Source: the human T2T-CHM13v2.0 reference genome, Homo sapiens. Taken from it: 64,000 nt of DNA. The stretch is taken from NCBI RefSeq assembly GCF_009914755.1, contig NC_060936.1. One strand, 5' to 3'. The notes beneath the pieces are model-generated. The model saw only the letters and a program-made list of their open reading frames with translations. It did not search any database and was not told the origin of the DNA. The position numbers and the translations under genes are program-made. Shown one piece after another: positions 1-13,513 of this stretch (position 1 is the stretch's first letter; each line of letters opens with the position of its first letter).

Positions 1-130
1 GGCTGAGGCAGGAAAATTGCTTGAACCCAGGAGGTGGAGGTTGTAGTGAGCTGAAATTGCATCACTGCACTACAGTCTGGGCGATAGAACAAGACTCCGT
101 CTAAAAAAAAAAAAGGAAAAGAAAAAGAAA
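1..130 (+). mobile_element. Alu, 3' part (truncated by window start)
   Basis: ggctgaggcagga...gactccgtct plus A tail. Confidence 0.9.
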
Positions 131-562
131 TCTGAGTTCAGACCCAGGTCTTTTTTCTCTTTCTGTGGCCAGAGAGTGGCCAAAAGTTTTCGCACTTGCA
201 CATTCGGAGCCAACCAAGACAGTCTTAAGGTGACCTCTTGTTGCTGTCAAATTCTTTGACATTACACCTGCCTATTTTTGTACTGGGCTCTGTACTCACG
301 AGTCTAGGACTGTTACAGGAGAACGTGACCCTGTATTCTCTTAAATCCTGGTCAAGCTTTACCCTGATCAGCTTCCAAATCAGAATGAGGTCAGATATGT
401 TTAGGGAGGTGCCTCCAGCCACCTGCCCACTCTGGAGCAGGTTTTAGTCAAAGTTCTGAAATGCCTGTTTTTCTGAAACACCCTCTCCCTAGTCTTTCAT
501 CTGTCCTTCCCCTTCTTTACCAGCCACCCTAGCGATCTCGTTGTTGTCCCTGTCTCTCATCA

Positions 563-790
563 CTGGTTAAGAGTGTGGCCTTTGGGGTCACATAGATCTC
601 AGTACAAATCCCTACTCCTCTACTTTCTGGCACTGTGATCTTGGGCAAGTCACTTAATCCCCTGAGGCTCAGTCTCTTACCTCATCTGGAACTGGGGTGA
701 CAGTGCTCCACCTTCTCCCAGCATTGTGAGGAGGAAGTGAGGTGATAGACTGAAAGCACAACCCAGGCCTGGCAATGAGCTGTAATTATC
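563..790 (+). mobile_element. MIR SINE (degenerate)
   Basis: ctgtgatcttgggcaagtcacttaatcccctgaggctcagt core. Confidence 0.7.
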
Positions 791-3700
791 CCCCCACAAT
801 GTGAGAAAAGTGCTTCATCCAACCTGTACTTGAACCCTTGCTGTATGGTGGGCCCAGCATGTTGTGGGGGTCCAGCTCCATTTGGGTGCAGCTCTCATTA
901 TTCAGACTTCTTTTCTGTGGAGCTAAAATCCTGTGACTTGCCCATTTGCCGCTGGAATTATCTATATACAGCTAAAGAAAAAGGAGATAAAAGCTCATTT
1001 CATTTCTCTTTGAAATCAATAGTCTCTTAGTCTTTCATGAGTAGCTGAGTAAAAAGATGTCTCAGTTAACTATAGTAAATCAAAAGAGCACCAAACAGAA
1101 AAATAGTGGGGCTAGGTGTTAGTTCTGGCCCTGCTATTAAGCGGTTTTGCATGGAACAAGTCATGTCAACCCTGTGGGCCTCATTCACCTCCTCTGCAGG
1201 ATTCTATAGCAGTGATGACAAGTCAGTGTTGTCTCATGTTCCATGTCTGATTGATTGATAATGATTTCCCACATGCAGGGTTGAAAGAGAATCTATGGTG
1301 GGTGCTTTCTGAACTAAATTTTTGATGTTTGCCAAGAATATGGGAGGATGTTTTGGGAGGATAAATGTTATGGCAACATTTAAGCCACATATTCACCATT
1401 CCTATACTGAGTAGTCTAGGGCTACCCTCAGTTTCAAATCCTCTTTACATAATTGATTATATCAACAAATATTTACTTAGTATCTTCTATAGACTCAACA
1501 TTATGCTTAAGTAAACAACATCAGGTGGGCTCCCTGTGGGTGTCAAACAATGTCGTTGGAGCTGTACAGCAGGAATTTTGGAGAAAGGAGGAGCACTGGA
1601 ATTTGGAGCAGTCAAGTGAAAAGTTTATGGAGGAAGTGAATCTTATGGCTGCAGAGAGGACTCAGATAAAAATAAAGCAGGGGAGAGTATTTTCAAGATG
1701 AGGGGAACAGAATGGGGAGAGGCCAAGACAGCAGAAAGCATAGTTTGTCCTGACTGCATAGTAAGTACTAATACCTTAAGGGTAGCAGATAGACTGCAGT
1801 CAGATGAGAGAGCTCAATGAGAGCCAGAGACTTTTCACCTGGCATCAACGCCTGCTGAATAACTTGTTAGCAATCCTCCCAGCAAGCCTGAGTTCAGGTA
1901 TTATAGTTATTATCTCCATTTGATAGAGGAGAAAGCTGAGGCTTACAGAGATTAGTGACTGGCCTCTGTCTCATGGCTGTAGAAGGGAAAAGGGAGGTTG
2001 CATTCCATGTTTGTGTGAGTCCAATCATCATGCACTTTTTAAGGAATTAAAGGTCTGGGATTAATGGAAGCATGTTGGCGTCATCAGCAGAGACAGGGAA
2101 ATTGGGAAGGAGAGGAGAGCATAATTAGTGTGCAGAAACTTGGAAATGCTGACATTGGACTCCTGGCAGAAGCAAGAGGCATTGAAGAGGAGATCGGGCC
2201 TGGAAAGCGGTGAGAGTAGATAGCTTTCTAAGGAAGAAGCTGTCAAAGACACAGCTCAGAAACACCCACAGGAGAAGCAGTGCCCATGTTTCCAAGGTGT
2301 TTTCAACAAGTCTGGGGGTTTATTTAGCTAAAAAATGTCTTAGTAATTTGAACTCTTCAAAGAGAATGTTATAAAAACAAAACCTGCTTCCAGGTGGTGG
2401 AATTTGAGAAGGAAAGGACTTAAAGAAAAGAATCTTGAAAAGTTGCAGCCTATATTCTTGGCCAAAGACCCTCACATTTTTATTGGAGAAACGAAGATGT
2501 TTTTGACTTACAGGATCACTTAAAAGCATCTGAAGGCAGTAAACTTCCTTGTTATTTCCCTCCTAGCCCTTAGTGAGCTTAATTGTTTTCACATTTATGA
2601 ACTATTTTAAATGGAAATGCATTTTATCCTTAGCATTTTCCATCCCAGACATTTCATTCCTGCTAATGTTTCCAAAGCAAAGAGATAATCTTGGTGAACA
2701 TTTCTAATGTTTCCTATAAAATCATGTTCTTTAATCAGTATTGCCATTTGTCTCCTGCCAAGTGAAACAGTCTTTTATACAAGGGAAATGGTCTAGGAAA
2801 GAAACAAAGAAGAAGCCATTTGCTTCAAAATGGACTTTTTTTTTTTTTTTTAATGGAAATTGATCAGAGATGTAAGGTCAGAGTGAGTGAGTGCATGGGT
2901 AATTTCCTCTCCAAAAGACTAGAAAAACTGAGTGGTTGGGAAGAGGGCATAGGGGGCCACAGATTGGCCCCTCCCTGCCACCAGGACACCCTTGCCTGAA
3001 GACCCAGGCTCCTCCTGCCTTTATCCCCAGACGGGAAGGTTGGAGCCCAGCTCAGTGTTTAACAGGCATGTCAAAGCCTACAGGGAATGCAAAGTGTCTT
3101 TCTTTGTTTGACTGATAAGATTCTTTAATCAGTCTCCTCCCTTTCCCTCATAACCCCCTCAAAAAGCCTATTTTTATCTTTCAGAAAAATTTTAGATATA
3201 TATAATTCTTTTTCCTCAGATTTTTCCTGTTTTCCCCCAGTGCCTCCCCTCTTCTAAAATATCCAAATATGATTTTTTCTAAGGGATGCCAAAACAATTA
3301 AATATGACATAAATTAAAATTTCCCCTATTAATTCTATTTGCCACCACTCTAATCCCCAACATTCATTTACTTATATACATAGATACATACACATATGCA
3401 CGGTACATGCCAGTTTTTTTCTGTCTCTCCATTGTCTTAAAATGTCTGGAAAATACGTTTGCCCAGAACTTCCTGGAACTATTTGAAACTCAGCCAATTT
3501 GTTGGCATTAACTAACTGAAGGGTCCTCAGATTTCCAGGGACATCCTACAACCCCCTGTATTTTTGTTCCTTGAGTTGGTGTCTTTGGACTTCTAGAGAC
3601 ATGCAACCAAGCCTTTTGGGATTTTAAGGTAAGGTAATGGACATAGGATGGACAATGGCCAGCCTGTATCCTTTAAAGCATACTTTGAGCCCTCTGTGAG

Positions 3701-4332
3701 TGTCACTCCTTACGTTTTCTCATTTAATACTGGTAAGAACCCCGTGAAGTAAGCAGTATCAGATCTTTATACCAACAGGGAAACAGGCTTAGGGGGGTTG
3801 TGCTAGTTGTGGGTAGATTTGGAGTTTCACAATTAAAGGAGGAACACCCATTACTGGGCCTTTGCACCGAGTGCCTAGACTCAGAAGGCACCAACAAGCA
3901 AAAACAAGCTTGAATACTGTGTCTCTCAGACCTGCCTAGGTTCAGTGGGGATGAAAAAGAAAGCTCCGCAGTCCCACAGGGGAATAAAGGGTTTCAGATT
4001 TGTAGCATTCCAGGCAGGATGCAGTGCACACTTAAGTTGGGGTGGGGTGCACAACTGTTTTAGTAGCCTGCAGGTTCTAGGAGAAACTGAGTCTTGCCTC
4101 ATCTGGTTAGGGGAGGCAGGGCATCTGGTGAGGGGTGTCTCAGTGTTGCAACAGCCGTAATACAGACAGCACTTGTGTGCTGTTGCCTCAGGCTGTCCCA
4201 GAGGGGCCGTTGGGTCCTCTTTATCTCTGGAGCCAATCTGTGGCTCCCTGCCCCCTCTTCCCTAGGTCCTTCTGTGGAGTCCTGGCCTTTCCTGAGAGTT
4301 TCCAGGCACCCAGGCGCTGGACTGCTGGACCC

Positions 4333-4425
4333 ATATATATACTATATATATACCCACATATATATATATATAAAATATATCGGTATATATATTATATATA
4401 TGTGGGTATATATATATCTCTCTCT
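4333..4425. repeat. TA-rich microsatellite with inverted repeat
   Basis: 24-bp perfect arms at 4343-4366 and 4393-4416. Confidence 0.9.
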
Positions 4426-6298
4426 TTAAAAACCAATCATGCTCTTTCATGCCAAATATGGTATTTTCACTTGAATTCAAATCCTGCATTATAATCTAGG
4501 TGGAGCATCTTGTCTTATGTTTAAGGTCCAAGGGATTGAACTTAATTAGGAGATAAACTGGTGAGCAAAGAAAGCAATTCTCATTACAAAGTAGCATTTG
4601 TTTGGGGGATTCAGGTCCCCCCGAAAATTGTCCTAGAGACCCCTACTAATAGAGAGATTAAGTAACATCCTAGAGTCAGGTTACAAACTCATCATCTGTG
4701 TAGGATTCTCCATACTTCCTCAGTGTACAACCAATGATCATTCTGTTAAAGGAATTATCTGGAGAGGGGATGGCCTCTCTGTTAAGGTAAATAGCCTTGT
4801 GATAAAGAGTAGAACAAATCGATTGTAGAAGCATGAAATTGAGGATATGAACCATGGATATGGGTCAAAGATGTCTTTTATCTATCTCTTTGGTGGCCAC
4901 AGTTGCTTGCAGGCTGCCCTTTTGCATGATATTGCCATGACTGTAGTTGTGTTAGGTTCTTAATTTTGTTAGTTTATTTTCACCCCACAGGATTAACTTA
5001 CTCAGCTGACCTGCATGGAAGCTGAAGACACTTTGTGTTTGAACATTCTATTTAAGGTTGATGCAGGGGAAAAGAATTAAGGTAGAAATTGATCGTTGAA
5101 GGGCCTTTTGCAATTTCCGCTTTCCTAAAACAGAACATCCTTCTTCCTCAGCTACCGCTAACCTTTATTTAGAACAGAATAAATCACTGGACTCAAAATT
5201 TATGTTATACACTAAAGTCAGCTGAAAAACGACTTATCTTTTCACCGATTGTCATTATTCAAATTGTAAATTCAGTACCCTAGAATAATTTCACATCTTG
5301 TTGATGGCCTTTCACTGACCCAAAGTCCTCTCTGGGTTTTATGGTGTAAGCATTGTTTGTGGTTACTCAACTCCCTTCTGCCCAACTTTCACAGAAGCTG
5401 ACTCACCATTTGCTGAAAGCATCCCACCAGCTTTGCTATGGGTCAAATAAAGAATTAGATGGAAGGTTTTGTTGTTATTACTGTTGCTCTTTTCTCCCTT
5501 TTTGTACTTAAAAGATTCAGGGTTTTTTTGTGTGTGTGTGTGTGTTTCAAAAATTCAGCTTTTGCAGTCTCATGATTCTGGCATTGTCAATTATAATTCT
5601 ATGCCTTTTTTTAGAGCTGTGATAGAGGAAGATGTTTAGGTGTTTGACATTGAATATCTGCCATTCAGAACATTCCCACCCTCCCCCTGTGCTGAAATGA
5701 AATGGGGCATGCAGAAGTGACTCCAAAGTTGAAGGGCAGAAGGTGGGGTCCTGGCAATGAAGGTTGGAGAACCTTTTTTTCCCACCTCGCCTCCTGGCCC
5801 ACCGGCAAACTCCTGCATTCAAATGCCCCCAGGACTCTGAAACCCTCAGGGCATCTCCAGGAGCCTCAGACTTGATCTGATCCATTGAAGAGTCAACCTA
5901 GGGAAGAAGTGATTATGAACTGACAGTCTCTTCTTATCTAGAGCTGGAGAGAAGTCGGATCTGACTCTAGTCTGTTCCTCATCTGAGGTATGTCAGGATA
6001 GTCAACAGTTCTCCAAGTGAGAAAGTAAGAGTGGGTGAGGAGTGACAGATGGGGGTGTGCGAGGCCCAGGCTGGCTTTAGCAGCTGCTGGGTTCTCCAGG
6101 GAGAAGGGAGAAGGCAAGGAGAGAAATGACAACTGTGCTCATTGATACGAGCCTTGGGAACCAGGCCTCTCTGACCTTCCTTCCATAAATGCTAAGAGCA
6201 CACAGCTGATAAGAGGCCCTAGAGCTCAGAAGGTGGGCTTTTTGGATTTTACAATTCCCTTGCCACCCTTAGCGGAAGGAGGAGTGAAATAAAGTTTA

Positions 6299-6655
<357 letters not shown>

Positions 6656-8023
6656 TCAGCCCTAGACAAAGTCTGGACTAGAATCTTTAAGGCCTTAGCT
6701 TCATACATTGAACTGTTTCCCCCAAACTCTCTAAATAGAAGTAGGACTCTGAGTCCTCTGAACAGTAAGAACACTTGCAGTTCAGACCTATGGAACTGGG
6801 GCCTGCCCGTTAACCTACCTGTATAGGGATAGCAAAGACTTCTGGAGCTTTTGTAAGATCCAAAATTTGTTCAGAATTAAGAACTTCTTGATATCCCGTG
6901 GCTGTTGCTGTAGCACTTTTAGTAACAGCATGTCGTACTACAAATATGCCTCTTGGCATTTTGGATGGGAAGGTGTACTATTAGATGCTTTGGTTTCAGG
7001 AAATAAAGAGCAAGCTCTGAAGAGCCCTAAGCAAAGCTGGGAATTGCATGCCTTTCTGTTGGCTGCCCCACCTCCTTCTCAATATCCATCTGTTCTCTTA
7101 GAATTGATTACTAATCTTCCTCCTAGCTGCCATTTTTTGAGCATTACCAAGTGCTGGGGAGGACACTATGCACTTCGTTTTCCCCCTGCCAGAGTTCTGT
7201 TCTCCTCATTTCACATGAGAGGAGAGAGGGCACTGAGGCTTACATGGCGAAGGAAACTGTGGGTGGTCATGGAGCCAGGGAAAGGCAGAGCTCCTGGCTG
7301 TATGCAGTGGGAAATGGATCTCTCTCTTGGCTTATCCTTTCCGGTTCCTGCTTTGACAGCCCTTTGAAGGTAAAAGTAAGCCAATGCCTACCCCCAGCCA
7401 AAATGTCAGATGATTCTTAAGGTTTTTAATGTGACAACTGCTTATATTGACTATAAGCACTTTGCCTTTGTCTCTGCAAACATTTGTATTTTAAATAAGA
7501 CTCAAAGACCAAAAAACAGAGATGAAACCATGGGATAGGGCTGCCATGAGGGCAGGGACTACCAAAGAGTCCTCAAATCATTCCAAGTTAGTGGCTCTGC
7601 GCTCATAAGCTAAGCATTTCACAGCACAGCTCTTGCACATAACAGACACATAATCAGCTGATTAAAACTCAGTTCATGTTCTCCGTAAGTGTAAGAAAAG
7701 CACAAGGAAAGCTGTTTTGGTTAACTTCAGTTTCTCTTAGTGAGAAAGCATCAGCTTTATCCAGCAACTTCACATATGTATCTTTAAGTTTGAAATGCCC
7801 ACTGTTCATAGGTCAGGTTTTTATTCTAGGTTGCAGATAACACTTGGATTTGTACATTAAGAAAAATGAAAGAATGTTCTCCAGTTCATGGAAATTTGTT
7901 TGGCTTTATTTTGACAGTGTTTCGAATTAACCAGATATGAAGAAGGTGAGTTTATAGTATGTTTGTTTACACTGAAGTGCCTTTATGATATTTTGTCTTG
8001 TTTGTCCCTGATCACAATTTTAG

Positions 8024-8222
8024 TGCAAACATCCTTTTGGATGATCAGTTTCAACCCAAACTAACTGATTTTGCCATGGCACACTTCCGGTCCCACCTAG
8101 AACATCAGAGTTGTACCATAAATATGACCAGCAGCAGCAGTAAACATCTGTGGTACATGCCAGAAGAGTACATCAGACAGGGGAAACTTTCCATTAAAAC
8201 AGATGTCTACAGCTTTGGAATT
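8024..8222 (+). CDS. IRAK3: IRAK3 coding exon (exon 9 by standard numbering), pseudokinase subdomains VIb-IX
   Basis: tttag|TGCAAAC acceptor and GGAATT|gtgagt donor; 199 nt; translates ANILLDDQFQPKLTDFAMAHFR...HLWYMPEEYIRQGKLSIKTDVYSFGI, with DFA in place of DFG as known for IRAK-M. Confidence 0.97.
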
Positions 8223-8485
8223 GTGAGTACCAACTGCCAGTTAACAAAGGAGAGTTTATTGCCAAGAATGTTCTAGATTCTAAGAATTTTTTAAAGAGTT
8301 TTAACTTTTGACTCATTGATTTCCTGTTAGCTCATCTTATATATTAATTTTGTGTAATCAAGCAATTAATAAAATATAAAATCATTAATCAGAATGAACT
8401 ATATTCATAGTCATGGTTAATAGTTGCAACAAATTGTGTGTATATTTTTAAGATATATAGCTGACTTTCTATATATTCCTTGTAG

Positions 8486-8548
8486 GTAATAATGGAAGTT
8501 CTAACAGGATGTAGAGTAGTGTTAGATGATCCAAAACATATCCAGCTG
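8486..8548 (+). CDS. IRAK3: IRAK3 coding exon 10
   Basis: ttgtag|GTAATA acceptor, CTG|gtaaga donor; 63 nt, phase 0-0; VIMEVLTGCRVVLDDPKHIQL. Confidence 0.96.
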
Positions 8549-8635
8549 GTAAGAATTGTTTTCATCCTGGCACCTATCTCTTGGTCATTTTTTGATCAAG
8601 TTCTCTGTGATAAAATTGTCTCCCTCTCTTCCAAG

Positions 8636-8800
8636 CGGGATCTCCTTAGAGAATTGATGGAGAAGAGAGGCCTGGATTCATGTCTCTCATTTCTAGATAA
8701 GAAAGTGCCTCCCTGCCCTCGGAATTTCTCTGCCAAGCTCTTCTGTTTGGCAGGCCGGTGTGCTGCAACGCGGGCAAAGTTAAGACCATCAATGGATGAA
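8636..8800 (+). CDS. IRAK3: IRAK3 coding exon 11
   Basis: cttccaag|CGGGAT acceptor, GAA|gtgagt donor; 165 nt, phase 0-0; RDLLRELMEKRG...AKLRPSMDE (kinase subdomain XI). Confidence 0.96.
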
Positions 8801-9034
8801 GTGAGTATATACATGGTTTTATTCAAAACTGAGCCCACAGAACCATGGAAAATCTAAACTAGATAAATTGTGTATCTAAGTGAATTATTTGTTAATGAGA
8901 CAAATCCAGCCTCCAACAGAGAATTCCAACATAATAGTGTTTCCAGGTCAAAAAGCCACATCATTTGGTACTCTGTTAGAGGTCATTTCTAGGTGGAACC
9001 AAGACTCCACAAAAAATTTAATGTAAAGACATAA

Positions 9035-9341
<307 letters not shown>

Positions 9342-10528
9342 TCAGTCTTCATTAAGAGATCTGGCTCATTATAAATGCAGCATATATTTTCCTTATCCAT
9401 TTTTTTAAATTTATTAATCTATCCATAGACTTAATCACCCATTCATTTATTTGTTTATTTGCACAAATAAACAAATAATGCCTACTCTGTGTGTGCCAGA
9501 CTTTGTATTGGGTGCTGGGAATATATCAGTGATCAAGATGCAATGACTACCCTCAAGCTCACTGTTAAGAGGAGTCAGATCAGTAAACATAGAATGTTGG
9601 TCCAGCAAGAGAAACATGATAGACAGAAGGCCAGGTTGCCGTGGAGCATGGATTCAGAATACACACCAGCCCATGGAAGTTAAGGAAGCTTTTTGATAGA
9701 TATGACGGTTTAGCTAAGATCTGAAAAACAGGTTGGATTTAGGCAGCAGTAAGGATGGAAAGACATCCCAAGCAGAGAGAATGAATACCTGCAAAGGCTC
9801 CAAGGTGATGGAGCCCATGGTGCTAAGACCACAGATAATTCAGCATCATGGAGGGGGAGCAGTGAGGGAAAGCCTGGAGTGGTTAAAATAATAGAAGCTT
9901 CCATGACAGAGGGACATGAATTCCATTCTAGGAGTTTGGATTTTATCCTGAGTCTATCATAGAGCCATGCAAGGGTTTTAAACAAGGAGTTGACATAATC
10001 AGAATATAAACAGCACTGGCCTTCGAGGCAGGAGAGCTGTATTCCAGGCCTGACACCACCCGTGAGAGTTGTGTGGAGCCAAGGGCTCAGGAAGGAGCTA
10101 TGACATATATCGTGCAGGGACAGAGAATTGGAAGCCCGGAGATCCGGTGTCAAACAGCAGGTCTGTACCTTACTGACTAATGATACTGCTTCCCTTTTCT
10201 GAGCCTCAGGCTTTATCATCTATAAAATGAGAATGATTAATGTTGTTTGTACAGGTTAAATGAGATAATATATGTGAAAGCACTTTGTAAACTGTAAAGC
10301 TCTCTATATGTATTTTTTTAATTACGTGTGTGTGTGTATATGAAGGTATGTTGTATGGTGTATTAATTACATCAAGGGTTCTCACATCTAGCTGTACATC
10401 CAAATCATCCGAAGCTTCTAACATACAGATTCCTGGACCTTCAACACCTTATGTTTTGAATGACAATCTCTATGTTGGGACCAAGGGATATGCACTTTAA
10501 AAGAGCTCCCTAAAACTTCTGGCATTTA

Positions 10529-10858
10529 GTCAGGGGCCCTGGCTCACGACTGTAATCCCAGCACTTTGAGAGTCTGAGGTGGGTGGATCAGCTGAGGTCA
10601 GGAGTTTGAAACCAGCCTGGCCAACATGGCGAAACCCCATCTCTACTAAAAATACAAAAATTAGCTGGGCATGGTGGCACGTGCCTGTAATACCAGCTAC
10701 TTGGGAGGCTAAGGCAGGAGGATTGCCTGAACCTGGGAGGCGTAGGTTGCAGTTAGCCGAGATTATCCCACTGCGCCACAGCCTGGGCAACAGAGTGAGA
10801 CTCCATCTCAAAAAAAACAAAACAAACAAACAAACAAAACAAGAACAACAACAAAAAA
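10529..10858 (+). mobile_element. AluS in IRAK3 intron 11
   Basis: Full Alu with (AAAC)n tail; CTGGCATTTA TSD. Confidence 0.92.
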
Positions 10859-11233
10859 CTGGCATTTAAGAATTACAGGTTGGGCCCACCATTTCCTTAT
10901 TCCCTTCCAATCTTCCACATATTATGGTTGAAGTAAAAAATGTAGAGACTTGCCCAAGTTCACAAAGCTAGTTGGTGGCAAATCTGAGGCTTAAGTCAGG
11001 TCTCTTGGTATTTACTTTAGTGTAGTTTCTTTTATACCTGGTTTTAAGTCACTTAATTTACTCCTCAAAATAAAGGGCGTTAGCTAATCTTTAAGATCCC
11101 TTCTAATTCAAAATTCTATAGCTGAACTAATTTCATGAAAATGAAAGAATATTCTTTATAGGTAGAGTGATAAAAGGTAAAAGGAAAGATTATTCAAACT
11201 TAATTTAATGTCTGTTTGCTTCTTTGTTATTAG

Positions 11234-11710
11234 GTTTTAAATACTCTTGAAAGTACTCAAGCCAGCTTGTATTTTGCTGAAGATCCTCCCACATCACTAA
11301 AGTCCTTCAGGTGTCCTTCTCCTCTATTCCTGGAGAATGTACCAAGTATTCCAGTGGAAGATGATGAAAGCCAGAATAACAATTTACTACCTTCTGATGA
11401 AGGCCTGAGGATAGACAGAATGACTCAGAAAACTCCTTTTGAATGCAGCCAGTCTGAGGTTATGTTTCTGAGCTTGGACAAAAAGCCAGAGAGCAAGAGA
11501 AATGAGGAAGCTTGCAACATGCCCAGTTCTTCTTGTGAAGAAAGTTGGTTCCCAAAGTATATAGTTCCATCCCAGGACTTAAGGCCCTATAAGGTAAATA
11601 TAGATCCTTCTTCAGAAGCTCCAGGGCATTCTTGCAGGAGCAGGCCAGTGGAGAGCAGCTGTTCCTCCAAATTTTCCTGGGATGAATATGAACAGTACAA
11701 AAAAGAATAA
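11234..11710 (+). CDS. IRAK3: IRAK3 terminal coding exon 12 (C-terminal tail with TRAF6-binding motif PVEDDE at 11351-11368)
   Basis: tattag|GTTTTA acceptor; VLNTLESTQASLYFAEDPP...EYEQYKKE then TAA at 11708-11710; exon sizes are consistent with the 596-aa protein. Confidence 0.97.
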   Translation, partial: VLNTLESTQASLYFAEDPPTSLKSFRCPSPLFLENVPSIPVEDDESQNNNLLPSDEGLRIDRMTQKTPFECSQSEVMFLSLDKKPESKRNEEACNMPSSSCEESWFPKYIVPSQDLRPYKVNIDPSSEAPGHSCRSRPVESSCSSKFSWDEYEQYKKE

Positions 11711-12708
11711 ATTCTACCAGAAGATAAAGAAAAAAGCAAGTATTGCATAGGCACCTGAGCATAGGTATGACCTTGGGAAGACATTGGCTCCATAAGCAAT
11801 GCCAAGAGAATGATCAATAGTGAGTTTGGGTGATGCAGATAAACAATCTGGATAATTCCATTTCTTTTTTCCCAAACCCTCAAACAGAGTGCCTTAAAAA
11901 ATTGTTTTATCAGGATAATTGTCTCATGACCAAATCCACGCTCAATTAGAGCCATTCAAAATTCCTTAAGATCATGGGTTCTGACTTCAGCCAAACAAAA
12001 CAATCAAAACCTACCAAAAAGGGACTGGATTGTAATGTCCTCTCCATCATCCTCAGTGTGAGTCCTCAGAGCCTCCATCTGCCAAGAACATTCAGTTGGA
12101 TTCCATCGTTTGGTTTAGCTTGCTTGCACGGGTTGTAGGAAATGTCTAATTTGTAAATGTTAATAGATACCTTTGGAAAGAATCACCTTGTTATTCTGAT
12201 TGACCCCTCTTGTTTTTTGGTTAATCCCTGACTAGCCTGCTTGTCTGAAAATGAGCCAGGTTCACCCTTAGCTACGGCATGCTCTGGGTTGAAAGGGGAT
12301 TTCTTCCCAAGATCTATCCTAAACTCTTAGGACAGTTTATCCTGTATTGACTATTATTACAGCTTTTTAAAAACAGACTTAGTGACCTATTATATCTTAA
12401 GGAGACTATGTGAAATGTCCATCAAGTAATTTTTATTCCTGAGAAAATGGCTGGTCAAGGGCCTAGGTCAGCTTTTTGTTTAATCTACACCTTTCAACTC
12501 TGGGCCTTCATTCCTGCTGTTTCTTGGATCTCCCTCTTTTGAAATCCTACCAATCATCAGAGCTCTACAAAACAGCCACCTCCTGGAAGCTTCCCTAATC
12601 TCTACAACCAGAAGTACTCCCTTTATCAGTATTTCCACAGCAATTTCTTTGTATTTCTATTTTATATTTATCACTTTCTGAATTATATCAAAGCTGCTTG
12701 TCTTATCT

Positions 12709-13002
12709 CTTTTTTTTTTTGAGACGGAGTCTCGCTCTGTCATCCAGGCTGGAGTGCAGTGGCACAATCTCGGCTCACCGCAAGGTCTGCCTCCCGGGTT
12801 CACGCCATTCTCCTGCCTCAGCCTCCCGAGTAAAGGTGGGACTACAGGCGCCCGCCACTACGCCCGGCTAATTTTTTGTATTTTTAGTAGAGACGGGGTT
12901 TCACCATGTTAGGCAGGATGGTCTCGATCTCCTGACCTCATGATCCGCCTGCCTGGCCTCCCAAAGTGCTGGGATTACAGGCGTGAGCCACCGCGCCCAG
13001 CC
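12709..13002 (-). mobile_element. AluY-like element in IRAK3 3'UTR
   Basis: CpG-rich; cgggttcacgccattctc and gatggtctcgatctcctgacctc diagnostics; ATCTCTTTT TSD. Confidence 0.9.
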
Positions 13003-13034
13003 TTCATCTCTTTTACTAGGTTGTAAACTCCCTA

Positions 13035-13513
13035 TATTAGTTTTCTATTGTTTTTGTAACACATTATCACAAATTTAGTGACTTAAAGTAACATAAATTA
13101 ATTATTTTGCAGTTCTGGAGGTCAGAATTCCTTAGCATTCTTTCTGGAGGCTGTTGGGGAGAACTCACTGCCTTGCCTTTTCCAGCTTCTAGAGGCCACC
13201 TGCCTTCTTTGGCTCATGGCCTCTTCCTCCGTCTTCAAAGCCAGCAACGTGACATTTCAGATCTCCCTCTCTCTGTCTGTCTCACCGCATCTTCACTACC
13301 CTCTTCCTCTCATTCTGGCCCTTCTGCATGTCTTTTATAAAGACCTTTGTGATTTCACTGGGCCCACTCATATAAGCCAGGAAAATCTCTGTGTCTCAGA
13401 TCCTTAATTTAATTACACCTGCAAAGTCCGTTTTCTCGTGTAAAGTAACATATTCACAGGTTTCTGGAATTGGGACGTGGACATCTTCGGGGGACCATTA
13501 CTCTGTCTGTCAT
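13035..13513 (-). mobile_element. MaLR MLT1-type solo LTR in 3'UTR
   Basis: tattagttttctattg...cagttctggaggtcagaa...aacatattcacaggtttctgg...ggggaccatt. Confidence 0.75.

Noticed and set aside
6867-7367. 166-aa intronic ORF
   Set aside because: Non-ATG start, no recognisable domain and no splice support
8801-8857. Read-through of exon 11 into intron 11 giving a tail-less IRAK3
   Set aside because: Strong gtgagt donor and no adjacent poly(A) signal seen; a short extension is expected by chance
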